Positions 17,687 to 27,711 are shown, counted from the stretch's first letter. The stretch is 38,769 nucleotides of DNA from Deltaproteobacteria bacterium (GCA_032128375.1 JAQBGU010000136.1:1-38769), one strand, 5' to 3'. The notes: a model not told the origin generated them from the letters alone. Made by a program: numbers and translations.

Positions 17687-19156
17687 ATGGGGGGAATAGC
17701 CGCGCTGAGTCAGATCCTGGGTTGGCTCGGCTGCGCTGTCGCGGCGCTGTCCGCGCCGGGATGCGCGCCCGAGCCCGCGGACCCGCGGCCCTCCGTGTTG
17801 CTGGTCGTCGTCGACACGCTGCGTGCCGACGCGGTCTCCGCGTACGGCCGCGTCCAGGACACGACGCCCCATTTCGATGCGTTGGCGGCAGGTGGGCTGT
17901 TGTATTCGCAGGCGTTCTCGCCGTCGCCCTGGACGCTGCCATCTCACGCATCGATTCTGACCGGGCTGGCGATCGACCGGCATGGGGTCGGAATCGGCGG
18001 CCGAATGGGGTTGCCCGACGCTGTCGAGACGGTCGCGGAGCGGCTTCGGGGTGCCGGTTATCAAACAGCCGGATTTTCCGAGAACCCGCTGATCAGTCAC
18101 GGGTTTGGGATGGACCAGGGCTTTGGCCAGTTTGCGGCGGTCACGATCGATGACGTCACCGGAGGGTCGAACGAGCCCGGCAGTCGGAGCTTCGACGCCG
18201 TTTCGGCGGTCCGTCGTTTCTTGACGGAGCGGGATACGAGTCGCCCATTTTTCGTCTTCGTGAACCTTTTCGATCCACATTCTCCGTACCAGGACCGGGA
18301 GCTGGATCGATTCGTTCCGCCCGAACTCGAGCACTTGAAGACGTGGACGCCGAGGCGCCTGAGTCGCTCTCCGTACGCCATCTGTAACCGATTGCCCGCA
18401 TCGGACGACCTGGCCATCCTGCGCGGTTTCTATCTGGGCGACGTGGCCGAGGTGGACCGGAAACTCGGCAAGATCGAAGCGGCCGCGCGCCAGGCCAGCG
18501 GAGGCAAGCTGATCGTCGTCGCGACCGCGGACCACGGCGAGCAGTTCGGTGAGCACCGGCTGCTCGATCATGAGTTCACGGTTCGCGCCCAGGTGCTGCG
18601 GGTACCCCTTGCGGTGCACGGTCTCGTCGATGTGGCGCCGGCGCGGATCGACAGTCCCGTCGAGTTGGTGGATATCGCCTCATCGATTCTGAGTTGGGCG
18701 GGCATCGGACCGCTAGCCGAGTTGAGCGGCCGGACTCTTCCGATCGTCGATGGCCCCCGAGCGCCCGCCGAGTTTCTTGCGGTCTACAGCGATGAAAAGC
18801 TTCGCACCCCCGACGATTGGGAGTCGGACCTCGATGTAGAGGACGCGACCAGCACTGCCAAGCGCGCCGGTTGCGGCGAGTCCGACCGGGTGTTCGGGAA
18901 TATGGCAGCGCTGACGCGCTGGCCATTCAAACTGATCTGGTTTCAAAATTATCCTCCCGAATTGTACGACTTGAGCTGGGACCCCGAGGAGCGGTCCGAT
19001 CTCGCTGCACTGCGTCCAGAGATCGCGGCCGAACTGTTGGCGCTGGCTCGAGCTCGACTCGGCGCAGTGGGCCTCGAAGGGCCCCGGTTGCCCGCTGCCG
19101 CTGGACCCGCGCGAGAGCATCTCGAGGCACTCGATGCGCTCGGCTACCTGGACTGA
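17687..19156 (+). CDS. Sulfatase-like hydrolase (alkaline phosphatase superfamily), probable lipoprotein
   Basis: Lipobox-like APGC, VVDTLRAD, TPHFD, SPWTLPSHASILTG, DPHSPY, ADHGE, ELYDL..DPEE, LDALGYLD. Confidence 0.88.
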   Translation: MGGIAALSQILGWLGCAVAALSAPGCAPEPADPRPSVLLVVVDTLRADAVSAYGRVQDTTPHFDALAAGGLLYSQAFSPSPWTLPSHASILTGLAIDRHGVGIGGRMGLPDAVETVAERLRGAGYQTAGFSENPLISHGFGMDQGFGQFAAVTIDDVTGGSNEPGSRSFDAVSAVRRFLTERDTSRPFFVFVNLFDPHSPYQDRELDRFVPPELEHLKTWTPRRLSRSPYAICNRLPASDDLAILRGFYLGDVAEVDRKLGKIEAAARQASGGKLIVVATADHGEQFGEHRLLDHEFTVRAQVLRVPLAVHGLVDVAPARIDSPVELVDIASSILSWAGIGPLAELSGRTLPIVDGPRAPAEFLAVYSDEKLRTPDDWESDLDVEDATSTAKRAGCGESDRVFGNMAALTRWPFKLIWFQNYPPELYDLSWDPEERSDLAALRPEIAAELLALARARLGAVGLEGPRLPAAAGPAREHLEALDALGYLD

Positions 19157-19230
19157 GTTCAGCTTTGTGTCGGCCTACGCTCTCGACCGGTGTTGGGGCG
19201 TCGCCGAGCCTGCAGGCGCATGGCAGCCAG

Positions 19231-19632
19231 TCAGTAGCTGTAATCCGTGAGGTCGAGGACCATGATCCCATCGATCTCGACCGGGACACCCATCGGGAGC
19301 GCCACAACCTGTACGACGGCGCGCGCGGGAAAGGGCGTTTCGAAATACGTCTCCATCACCGAGTTGACCTTCGGGTAGTTTGCCAAGTCGGTCAGGTAGA
19401 CGTTCAGCTTCACGATGTGTTCGAGTGCCCCGCCGGCTTGTTCAGTGACCGCCTCGAGGTTGTCGAATACGCGAGAAAGCTGCTGTTCGAAGCTCCCTTC
19501 GACGAGTTTCCCGGTCGCAGGATCCAGCGGGATCTGGCCCGACAGGTAAACCGTCGGCCCGGCCTTGATTGCCTGAGAGTAGGCGCCAACTGGGTTGGGA
19601 GCGTGATTCGAGTGGATGGGTTCATGAGCCAT
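19231..19632 (-). CDS. ridA: RidA (YjgF/YER057c/UK114) enamine/imine deaminase
   Basis: AP.PVGAYSQAI, YLSGQIPLDP, VKLNVYLTD, FPARAVVQV.ALP, VEID. Confidence 0.93.
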   Translation of the reverse strand: MAHEPIHSNHAPNPVGAYSQAIKAGPTVYLSGQIPLDPATGKLVEGSFEQQLSRVFDNLEAVTEQAGGALEHIVKLNVYLTDLANYPKVNSVMETYFETPFPARAVVQVVALPMGVPVEIDGIMVLDLTDYSY

Positions 19633-19757
19633 AGGCCGAATATTAGCGGGCCAGCAGCAGCGTGCTTTGCGTTGTGCTACTTGCGCGCGAAGCGTATCGG
19701 AGGGATCGCGGTTAGTGTCGAGAGAGCCAGTCTGCCTGGAGGTCGGCGTTCACCAAG

Positions 19758-19789
19758 AGTTCGCGGTAGTTCGCGATAGTTCGCGGTAG
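19758..19789 (+). repeat. 10-bp tandem repeat AGTTCGCG(G/A)T x3 immediately upstream of the pit RBS
   Basis: agttcgcggt agttcgcgat agttcgcggt ag. Confidence 0.85.
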
Positions 19790-19800
19790 GGGGGAGCTGT

Positions 19801-21060
19801 TTGGACCAGGTTGTATTCGGGATTCCAGCGATCCTATGGCTGGCTGGCGCGCTCGCGATGTACATGGCTTGGGCAATCGGCGCGAACGACGTCGCGAACG
19901 CGATGGGTACCAGCGTGGGATCGGGCGCACTGACGATCCGGCAAGCGGTCTTGATTGCCGCTGTGCTGGAATTCAGTGGTGCGCTGTTCGTCGGAGGCCA
20001 CGTTACCGACACGGTTCGCAAGGGCATGCTGGACATGTCGGCGCTTCAGGGACACGAGGAGTTGTTGCTCTACGGGATGCTGGGTTCGCTGGCATCGGCG
20101 GGCTCGCTGCTGTTGATCGCAACCACGTGGGGGTTGCCCGTCTCGACAACGCATTCCATCGTCGGCGCGATTATCGGCTTCGGCGCGGTAGCCCTCGGGG
20201 TCGACGCGGTCAATTGGGGGAAAGTAGTCGAGATCATGGTCTCGTGGGTCACCTCACCGCTGATGGGCGGCGTCATTGCATTTGTCGTGTTCAATCTGGT
20301 GCGTCGGACCATCCTCGATCGAGATGACCCGATGGAGTCCGCAAAATCGGTCGGCCCATACTTTTTCTTTGCCGTCACCTTCATCATCGCACTGGTGACC
20401 CTGTTCAAGGGTTTGAAGAATCTGAAGCTGGACCTCGACCTGCCCGACGCGCTGCTGTGGTCGACCGCGGCTGGCATCGGGGGTGCAATCCTCGGGCGCG
20501 TGTTCCTGACGCGGGTCAGAGTGAGAGAGTCCGACGCGAAGGATCGCTACGGGGGCGCGGAACGCGTGTTCGCCGTGCTGCAGATCATGACCGCGTGTGC
20601 GGTTGCGTTCGCGCACGGGTCGAACGATGTGGCGAACTCGATCGGTCCACTGGCCGCCATCAAGACCGTCGTGGACGGAGTCGACATCACGAAAACGGTA
20701 CCCGTCGAGTTCTGGATGTTGGTGATCGGCGGGGTCGGGATCGTGTTCGGTCTCGCCACGATGGGATATCGCGTAATGGCCACGATCGGTGAGAAGATCA
20801 CCGAATTGACTCCGAGCCGCGGGTTTTCCGCGACACTGGCGGCAGCCGTGACTGTCGTGGTCGCCTCGCGGATGGGAATACCGGTCTCGACCACCCATAT
20901 CCTGGTCGGGTCGGTGTTCGGGGTGGGATTGGCGCGCGGGATCGGCGCGCTGGATCTGCGTGTGGTCGGTCGGATCTTGATTTCATGGATTGCAACTCTT
21001 CCGATTGCGGCTGCATTGTCAATATTCTTCTTCTACTTCTTCAAAGGACTTCTCACATGA
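19801..21060 (+). CDS. pit: PiT-family inorganic phosphate transporter
   Basis: GANDVANAMGTSVGS, GLPVSTTHSIVG, HGSNDVANSIG and GIPVSTTH signatures. Confidence 0.95.
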   Translation: MDQVVFGIPAILWLAGALAMYMAWAIGANDVANAMGTSVGSGALTIRQAVLIAAVLEFSGALFVGGHVTDTVRKGMLDMSALQGHEELLLYGMLGSLASAGSLLLIATTWGLPVSTTHSIVGAIIGFGAVALGVDAVNWGKVVEIMVSWVTSPLMGGVIAFVVFNLVRRTILDRDDPMESAKSVGPYFFFAVTFIIALVTLFKGLKNLKLDLDLPDALLWSTAAGIGGAILGRVFLTRVRVRESDAKDRYGGAERVFAVLQIMTACAVAFAHGSNDVANSIGPLAAIKTVVDGVDITKTVPVEFWMLVIGGVGIVFGLATMGYRVMATIGEKITELTPSRGFSATLAAAVTVVVASRMGIPVSTTHILVGSVFGVGLARGIGALDLRVVGRILISWIATLPIAAALSIFFFYFFKGLLT

Positions 21061-21185
21061 GGCACAGCCCGAGATTCGGGTCAGGTGATGCCACATAGCG
21101 AATCTGCTGGATTCGCCAGATACGTGACGGCCGGGAAGCAACAGCCGCATGGCGGCTATCGCGGAACCCGTCGGAGGATCAGATC

Positions 21186-21854
21186 ATGGCACTGATTGGC
21201 AACTTGTTCGGGCGGTCGCCGATTCGGCCGATGCAAGAGCACATGCGCGCTGCGGTGGCGTGTGCAAAGCAGGTTTTGCCGCTGTTCGAGGAGATGGCGC
21301 GGGGCGATACCGCAGCGGTCGCACTGCGACGTCTGGAAATCGATCGGCTCGAGCACGAGGCGGATCGGATCAAGAACGAAATCCGCAGCCGCCTGCCCAC
21401 CCGTATGTTCCTGGCGGTCGAACGTCGAGACATGTTGGAAATACTCGACTACCAGGATTCGATCGCCGATACCGCGCAAGACATCGCCGAAACGGCCGAC
21501 ATGCGCGGAATGGTCGTACCGCCGGATCTGGTGGAGCCGTTCCTGGACCTGGCGCGTCGCGCGATTGCCGCCTGCGAGCAAGCGCAGCGTGTGATCGACG
21601 AACTCGAGAATCTGGTCGAGACCGGCTTTCGCGGTCGTGGTGTCGCCCGGGTCGACGAGATGATCGACGAACTGTCGCGCATCGAGTCCGATAGCGATGA
21701 TCTCGAAGAGCGGGTGCAGCGAAAACTGTTCGCCATCGAAGACGATCTCGGCATCTCGGCGATGTTCTGGTACAAGCTCATCGATCTCACCGGTGAAATG
21801 GCCGACTACGCCGAGCGCGTCGGCAACCGCCTGCGCCTGCTTACGGCGAGTTAG
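21186..21854 (+). CDS. PhoU-like DUF47 / TIGR00153 phosphate transport regulator
   Basis: LFGRSPIRPMQEHM, LEHEADRIK, QDSIAD, IESDSDDLE, MADYAERVGNRL; downstream of pit; GGAGG RBS. Confidence 0.92.
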   Translation: MALIGNLFGRSPIRPMQEHMRAAVACAKQVLPLFEEMARGDTAAVALRRLEIDRLEHEADRIKNEIRSRLPTRMFLAVERRDMLEILDYQDSIADTAQDIAETADMRGMVVPPDLVEPFLDLARRAIAACEQAQRVIDELENLVETGFRGRGVARVDEMIDELSRIESDSDDLEERVQRKLFAIEDDLGISAMFWYKLIDLTGEMADYAERVGNRLRLLTAS

Positions 21855-21908
21855 GAGACTGCGCGGTAGAGCGTCAGCTCCAGCGTGTGTAACGGCGAAC
21901 GCGCGACT

Positions 21909-23654
21909 CTAGTCGTGGGTCTTCGGCAGGCGGTGCTTCTGGACTTTCCCCGACGGTGTGTGGGGCAGGCTCTCGATGACGACGAATCGGCTCGGGAGTT
22001 TGAACCGCGCGAGGCGTTCGGCACCCCAGGCTTCGAGTTCGGTAGGATCGAACACGAATCCGTCGGACACAACGATGTACGCGAGACCTGTCTCTCCCCA
22101 TTTCGGGTGCGGGGTTGCGATGATCGCGATCTCGCGGATCGCGGGATGTTCGGCATACACGCCCTCGATCTCGGCCGGATACACGTTCTCGCCGCCAGAG
22201 ATGTACATGTCACCCGCGCGGCCGATCAGTGTCACGAAGCCTTCGCAATCGATCTTCGCCAGGTCGCCGGTGCGAACCCAGCCGTCGCGCAGCGTCTCCG
22301 CGGTGGCGTCCGGTCGCTGCCAATATCCCAAAAATGCGATCGGGCCTCGCACGACGATCTCGCCCGTCTGTTCGACGGCAACATCACGCCATTGCGCGAC
22401 GGGTTGTTGCAGTGTGTCCACATCCACGAGTCGAAGCTCCGCGTGAAAGACCGCACGCCCGACGCTGCCCGCCTTCCGGATCGCGTCGCGCGCCTCGAGG
22501 CAGCACAGGATCGAGGTCTCCGTCTGTCCGAAACCCTGCTTGACCAAGTAGCCGCGTTCTTCGAACGCGCGGATCAGTTCGACGGAGATCGCGGCCCCGG
22601 CGCTGAATAAGAATCGCGGTTTGTGATTGGGCGCCGGCGAGTTCGCTGCAAGCGACTTGTCGAGGGCGTCGAGCAGCGCTTGGAACAGCGTCGGGACCCC
22701 GCCCAGAAACGTGATTTGTTCGCTCTCGACGGTTTTCCAGACGCGTGCCGCATCGAATCGTGGCATCAAATGGACGGTCCCGCCGGCATACAGAGTTGGG
22801 ATCGACAAGATCAACAGCCCGAATGAGTGAAACAACGGCAGCGGCACGAGCACACGGTCGTGTCGGGACAAATCGAAGAAGAGTTGCGCGTTGAGGCTGT
22901 TGAACAGCGTCTTGCGGTGAGGGAGCAGGGCGCCCTTGGGAACGCCGGTCGTCCCAGACGTGTACAAAAGCAGCATGGGATCTTCGGGGGATACTGACTC
23001 GAGGCGAGCGAGAGGCTCCAGCGCAGACAGCGCGGCCTCATACGCGTCCGTCTCGCCGCCACAGGCGAGCCGCTGTGACGGCGGATGCGACGCTTCTGAA
23101 CAGGCTCGCTCCGCGACCGCCGACAGCGCGCTTTCGTACACAAGGGCTGCGGGCGTGCAGTCGTCGAGTACCCGCAGCAATTCCGGCGCCGTGAAGCGAG
23201 TGTTGATCGGAACCGCGATTGCGCCCAGTCGAGCTGCCGCGAATACCGTCTCGAGGTAGGCGCTGCGGTTGTCGAGCAAGAGCGCCACTCGGTCGCCGCG
23301 TGCGACCCCTGCAGCCGACAACCACGCAGCGCAACGCAGCGTGCGCTCGTGCAATGCCGCGTAGTCCAGGCTTCGCTGGGCATCGACGCACGCGATTCGA
23401 TCGCCGGCCCCCACCGCGTGACGTTCGATCCAGGCGCCGACATTATTGACTGGAGAGTTGATTGGAGAGTTGACTGGAGAGTTGACTGGAGCGCTAGCTG
23501 GAGAGCTAACTGGAGAACCAACTGAAGAGTTGACTGCGGAGCTGACGGGAGAATTCCCAGCAGAGTTATCGGTCACTGATTCCACGCATCCGTGGATACC
23601 GGAGGCGTCCGCAGGATGCCAGAGAGAACGGGTATGCTGGAGATCGGACGCCAT
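21909..23654 (-). CDS. AMP-dependent acyl-CoA ligase (long-chain fatty acid/MenE-like)
   Basis: YTSGTTGVPKG, PLFHSFG, QGFGQTET, GWVRTGD, ISGGENVYPAEIE, SGKVQK. Start uncertain (ATG 23654 or GTG 23576); the N-terminus contains a repeat tract. Confidence 0.9.
   Translation of the reverse strand: MASDLQHTRSLWHPADASGIHGCVESVTDNSAGNSPVSSAVNSSVGSPVSSPASAPVNSPVNSPINSPVNNVGAWIERHAVGAGDRIACVDAQRSLDYAALHERTLRCAAWLSAAGVARGDRVALLLDNRSAYLETVFAAARLGAIAVPINTRFTAPELLRVLDDCTPAALVYESALSAVAERACSEASHPPSQRLACGGETDAYEAALSALEPLARLESVSPEDPMLLLYTSGTTGVPKGALLPHRKTLFNSLNAQLFFDLSRHDRVLVPLPLFHSFGLLILSIPTLYAGGTVHLMPRFDAARVWKTVESEQITFLGGVPTLFQALLDALDKSLAANSPAPNHKPRFLFSAGAAISVELIRAFEERGYLVKQGFGQTETSILCCLEARDAIRKAGSVGRAVFHAELRLVDVDTLQQPVAQWRDVAVEQTGEIVVRGPIAFLGYWQRPDATAETLRDGWVRTGDLAKIDCEGFVTLIGRAGDMYISGGENVYPAEIEGVYAEHPAIREIAIIATPHPKWGETGLAYIVVSDGFVFDPTELEAWGAERLARFKLPSRFVVIESLPHTPSGKVQKHRLPKTHD
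23451..23570 (+). repeat. 12-bp tandem repeat TGGAGAGTTGAC x10, degenerating toward one end
   Basis: tggagagttgat tggagagttgac tggagagttgac tggagcgctagc tggagagctaac tggagaaccaac tgaagagttgac tgcggagctgac gggagaattccc agcagagttatc; encodes VNSP-like repeats on the minus strand. Confidence 0.9.
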
Positions 23655-23683
23655 AAGCGATTCCCACAAACGGAGATCAACTT

Positions 23684-24556
23684 GTGAATCTATTGGGCCA
23701 ACCTGCACATGTGGGCCGTCACTGCGGTTCGAGCAGCTACGTGGTGACGCCCGAAACCGTTGCGTTCTATTCGGACGCACTCGACGACCACAACCCGCTG
23801 TACAGCGACGTCGCGCCACCTCTGCTGTATCACTCCGAGTGTTACAAGTTCGTCGGCGAGTGGTACTTGAAGAACCTGTTCGGGAACCTGCACGCACAAC
23901 AGGATTGGGAGTTTTTTGCGCCGATCCCGATTGGTGCCGAGGTACGCACCCGTTCGACGATTATCGACCGCTGGTCGAAGCGCGGTCGCGACTACGTCCT
24001 GAATGAGACCGATGTGTGTGCGGCCGACGACGGCCGGTTGCTGGTTCGCGGGCGTACCCATCAATCGTTTCTGCCGCCGCGGGATCCGGCATCGGACGCC
24101 ACCGCGGGATTCGTCGTCGACCACAAGAGCGCCAAGCGAAAAGTGGCGCGTCCCCCGTTTCCGATTGCGACCGGTCTGGATCTCTCACCGGTGGCCAAGC
24201 TGGTCGACGAACGTCGTTGCTGGATGTTCTCGGGGCCCGGCAAGAACTACCACACCGATCGCGAACAGGCTGCCAAACTCGGCTTCCCGAATATCGTCGT
24301 GCAGGGAATGATGTCGACATCCTTTGTCGCGCAGGTGATGACTGACCATTTCGGAATGGGCTTCATCCAAGGCGGCAAGATGCAGCTCAAGCTGGTCAAC
24401 GTACTGTGGGTCGACGAGGCCGTCACAACGTATGCCAGGGTTCTCGACGAGCAGGTTGAAGGAACCGGTAACCGCGTCCACTGCGATGTGTGGGTCGAAA
24501 AGCACGACGGCACGCGAATCGCGTTGGGCTCAGCCAGCGCGCTCGCCGGGTCGTGA
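23684..24556 (+). CDS. Double hotdog-fold MaoC-like dehydratase
   Basis: N-domain YSDALDDHNPLY...LHAQQDWEFFAPI; C-domain NYHTD...A..LGFPNIVVQGMM. Confidence 0.8.
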   Translation: MNLLGQPAHVGRHCGSSSYVVTPETVAFYSDALDDHNPLYSDVAPPLLYHSECYKFVGEWYLKNLFGNLHAQQDWEFFAPIPIGAEVRTRSTIIDRWSKRGRDYVLNETDVCAADDGRLLVRGRTHQSFLPPRDPASDATAGFVVDHKSAKRKVARPPFPIATGLDLSPVAKLVDERRCWMFSGPGKNYHTDREQAAKLGFPNIVVQGMMSTSFVAQVMTDHFGMGFIQGGKMQLKLVNVLWVDEAVTTYARVLDEQVEGTGNRVHCDVWVEKHDGTRIALGSASALAGS

Positions 24557-24588
24557 TGCTCGCGGGATAGGTGGGCATACTCGCGGCC

Positions 24589-25623
24589 ATGCTGGTCGAT
24601 GTCGTTGAGCGCGCCCTCCACGGGTTCCAGCTGCGCAGTGGCAAACTGCTCGTGGCCGTGTCGGGTGGTATCGACTCGGTCGCCCTGCTGCACGCGAGCG
24701 TCGAAGTCGCCAGTCGTGTGGGCATCGAGATTTCGGTCGGGCACGTCGATCACGGACTCCGAGGCGGCGAATCCGATGCGGATGCAGAATTCGTGGCGAA
24801 TCTCGCCCGCGAACTTGGCCTGCCGGGCTATTGGCGGCGTGTGGACCCGGGAGCGCTTCGCGAGAATTCATCCAGCCGATCGCGTCCCACGCTGCAGGAG
24901 GCGGCCAGGATTCAGCGCTACGCCGCGCTGTACGAAATCGCCCGTGAGGCGAATTGCGCGCAGATTGCGACTGCCCACACACTCGATGACCAGGGGGAGA
25001 CGGTGCTGTTGCGTCTGTTTCGCGGGACGGGTCCTGATGGTCTCGCGGGAATTCCCGATCGGTCTCCGGACGGCGTCGTGATTCGGCCGCTGCTGCGCGT
25101 GTGCCGCGCCCAGATCGAACTCTACGCGTCCCAGAGGGAACTTTCCTGGCGAGAAGACTCATCGAATGTCAGCCTGTCCTATTCGCGAAATCGGCTGCGA
25201 TCGCGATGGATTCCGGGGCTATCGGAGGACTTCAACCCGCAGTTGCTCAGGGCGATCAGCAATCTGGCCGATGCGCAGAAACAGGACTCGGAGTGGATTG
25301 AAACGCTGGTTGCGCGGCAGGCCGCGGCCCGATTTTCGGAGGAGAAGGGTTGGATGAGAATTCGCGGTGACGACTGGCAGGAGATGCACGATGCGCTCGC
25401 TGGGCGGTTGTTGCTGCGGATCTTGAGACAATGCGGCGGAGCGCGGGACGCGAGCCGCGTACACATCGCGCGAATGCTGGCATTTGTTCGATTCGGGAAA
25501 GCGGGCACGCACATCGAGCTGCCGGGCGGTGTCCGAATGGTGTGCGATCGACACGGGGTCCGAATCGGACCGCTTGACCCGCGTCAGACACCGGCCGGTG
25601 GGGGTGTTCTGAGCGCGTGCTAG
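24589..25623 (+). CDS. tilS: tRNA(Ile)-lysidine synthetase
   Basis: VAVSGGIDS, HVDHGLR, AHTLDDQGET, RGTG, IRPLL, EDSSN, RNRLR; upstream of ftsH. Start may be GTG 24571. Confidence 0.95.
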   Translation: MLVDVVERALHGFQLRSGKLLVAVSGGIDSVALLHASVEVASRVGIEISVGHVDHGLRGGESDADAEFVANLARELGLPGYWRRVDPGALRENSSSRSRPTLQEAARIQRYAALYEIAREANCAQIATAHTLDDQGETVLLRLFRGTGPDGLAGIPDRSPDGVVIRPLLRVCRAQIELYASQRELSWREDSSNVSLSYSRNRLRSRWIPGLSEDFNPQLLRAISNLADAQKQDSEWIETLVARQAAARFSEEKGWMRIRGDDWQEMHDALAGRLLLRILRQCGGARDASRVHIARMLAFVRFGKAGTHIELPGGVRMVCDRHGVRIGPLDPRQTPAGGGVLSAC

Positions 25624-25693
25624 TCTGATAAAGCCAGGGGTTTCGAGGCATTCGGGACGCTGGGTCGGCGCCCGGAAAACCGACGCGAAACAG

Positions 25694-25745
25694 CAGAGTT
25701 AGCCGAGTTGAACAGAGTCAACAGAGTCAACAGAGTCAAAAGAGG
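25694..25745 (+). repeat. 9-bp tandem repeat ACAGAGTCA in the ftsH leader
   Basis: cagagttag ccgagttga acagagtca acagagtca acagagtca aaagagg. Confidence 0.85.
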
Positions 25746-25769
25746 ATCGCGCAGCCCAGGAGAAACGGT

Positions 25770-27680
25770 TTGAACCAACAGTTCTACAAGAACATGGTGC
25801 TTTGGCTCGTCATCTTGATGATGATCCTCGTGCTCGTCACGATGCTGCGACAGAACCAGACCGAGACGCCGCCGCTTCCGTACAGCGAATTCCTCGCCAA
25901 GATCGAAAGCGGCGAGATCGAGTCGGTCGAGATCGAAGAGGGTCAGATCGAAGGTGTTCTGACAACGGGAAGCCGCTTCACCACCTTTGCGCCGGTCGTC
26001 AGCGATGAACTGCTGACCCGGTTGTACGAACAGAACGTCCGCATCGATGCGCACCCCAAGGACGAAGGGGGATTCTGGCGCCAGATCCTGATCATGTGGT
26101 TCCCGATTCTGCTGATCGTCGGCTTGTGGTTTTTCTTCATTCGCCAGATGCAAGCCGGCGGTGGCAAGGCGATGAGCTTCGGCAAGAGCAAAGCGCGGCT
26201 GCTCACCGAGAATCAGACGCGAGTCACATTCGATGATGTCGCCGGAATCGAAGAATCCAAGACCGAACTGGAAGAGATCATCAACTTTCTCAAGGAGCCG
26301 AAGAAGTTCACGCGGCTCGGAGGGCGAATTCCGAAGGGCGTACTGCTCATCGGACCGCCTGGAACTGGCAAGACCCTGTTGGCCCGTGCTGTGGCCGGCG
26401 AGGCGGGCGTCCCGTTCTTCTCGATTTCGGGCTCCGACTTCGTCGAGATGTTCGTCGGTGTCGGTGCGTCGCGGGTGCGCGATCTGTTCGCGCAAGGCAA
26501 GAAGAATGCGCCGTGCATCATCTTCATCGACGAAATCGATGCGGTGGGTCGACACCGCGGCGCAGGAATGGGCGGCGGACATGACGAGCGCGAACAGACG
26601 CTGAACCAGCTATTGGTCGAACTCGACGGATTCGAGAGCAATGAAGGCGTGATCATGATCGCCGCCACGAACCGGCCGGATGTGCTCGACCCTGCGCTAT
26701 TGCGCCCGGGCCGTTTCGACCGACGCGTAGTCGTGCCGCGTCCCGACCTGCGCGGTCGGCTGGCAATCTTGAAGGTGCACACCCGCCGCGTTCCGCTCGG
26801 CGATGACGTCGATCTGCGCGTGATCGCGCGAAGCACCCCGGGTTTCGTGGGCGCAGACCTGCAGAACCTGGTCAATGAGGGGGCGCTGCTGGCGGCGCGC
26901 AGAGACGCCCAGTCCGTCGAGAAGTTCGATTTCGAGCAAGCTCGCGACAAAGTCATGATGGGCTCCGAGCGCCGCAGCCTGGTCATGTCCGAAGAAGACA
27001 AGCGCGCCACGGCGTACCACGAGGCGGGCCACGCGCTCATCGCGCAGTTGACTGAGCACTCGGATCCGGTCCACAAGGTGACGATCATCCCGCGCGGGAT
27101 GGCACTCGGTCTCACCATGACGATGCCCGACGAGGACCGCTTCAACCTGACGAAGGACCAGATCATCGCGCAGATCAGACACGCCATGGGAGGGCGGGCC
27201 GCGGAAAAGCTCGTGCTCGACTACTTGTCCACCGGCGCGGCGAATGACCTCAAGCAGGCGACGGATCTGGCGCGAAGGATGATCTGCAACTACGGCATGA
27301 GCGACCGGCTCGGACCGGTCTCGCTGAGTGACGACGACCACGACGTGTTCCTCGGCCGCGACTTGATGAGCCACAAGTCCTACAGCGAGAAGAAGGCGCA
27401 GGAAATCGACGAAGAGATCGCCGAGGTGCTCACGACGCTGTACGACGAGGCGTACGAGCTGCTCCGGGAAAACCGAGATGTACTCGAGCGCATCACGCTG
27501 GCGCTGCTGGAGCGAGAGACTCTCAATGGCAAGGAACTCGCGTTGCTGGTCGCTGGCGAGCCGCTGGCTCCGATCGCGCCTCCATCAGTCTCTACCGCCC
27601 CCTCCGAACAGGCCGATGCAGAAGAGTCGAATCCGTTTTCCGGAGACAAGCTTCCCGATCCAGAGCCCGTACCGGGCTAG
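25770..27680 (+). CDS. ftsH: ATP-dependent zinc metalloprotease FtsH
   Basis: Two TM helices, [18 protein letters not shown] ([20 protein letters not shown]), HEAGH; AGGAG RBS with TTG start. Confidence 0.98.
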   Translation: MNQQFYKNMVLWLVILMMILVLVTMLRQNQTETPPLPYSEFLAKIESGEIESVEIEEGQIEGVLTTGSRFTTFAPVVSDELLTRLYEQNVRIDAHPKDEGGFWRQILIMWFPILLIVGLWFFFIRQMQAGGGKAMSFGKSKARLLTENQTRVTFDDVAGIEESKTELEEIINFLKEPKKFTRLGGRIPKGVLLIGPPGTGKTLLARAVAGEAGVPFFSISGSDFVEMFVGVGASRVRDLFAQGKKNAPCIIFIDEIDAVGRHRGAGMGGGHDEREQTLNQLLVELDGFESNEGVIMIAATNRPDVLDPALLRPGRFDRRVVVPRPDLRGRLAILKVHTRRVPLGDDVDLRVIARSTPGFVGADLQNLVNEGALLAARRDAQSVEKFDFEQARDKVMMGSERRSLVMSEEDKRATAYHEAGHALIAQLTEHSDPVHKVTIIPRGMALGLTMTMPDEDRFNLTKDQIIAQIRHAMGGRAAEKLVLDYLSTGAANDLKQATDLARRMICNYGMSDRLGPVSLSDDDHDVFLGRDLMSHKSYSEKKAQEIDEEIAEVLTTLYDEAYELLRENRDVLERITLALLERETLNGKELALLVAGEPLAPIAPPSVSTAPSEQADAEESNPFSGDKLPDPEPVPG

Positions 27681-27707
27681 CGGGCGACCCGAGACTCGGG
27701 TCGCCCG
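27681..27707. other. Perfect inverted repeat immediately after the ftsH stop codon
   Basis: CGGGCGACCCGAG-A-CTCGGGTCGCCCG (13-bp arms); no U-tract on either strand. Confidence 0.8.
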
Positions 27708-27711
27708 AGAA

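Noticed and set aside
17399..18619. 591-aa ORF suggesting a large peptide deformylase fusion
   Set aside because: The extension is the antisense frame of the sulfatase-like gene; def has its own RBS and TTG at 17398.
16717..25745. Tandem arrays as CRISPR arrays
   Set aside because: Units are 9-20 bp, directly adjacent with no unique spacers, and no cas genes are present.
25620..27374. Long minus-strand ORFs (320, 324, 225 aa) opposite ftsH, and similar ones opposite nnr, folP and lysC
   Set aside because: Typical antisense open frames caused by GC-rich codon bias in conserved genes.
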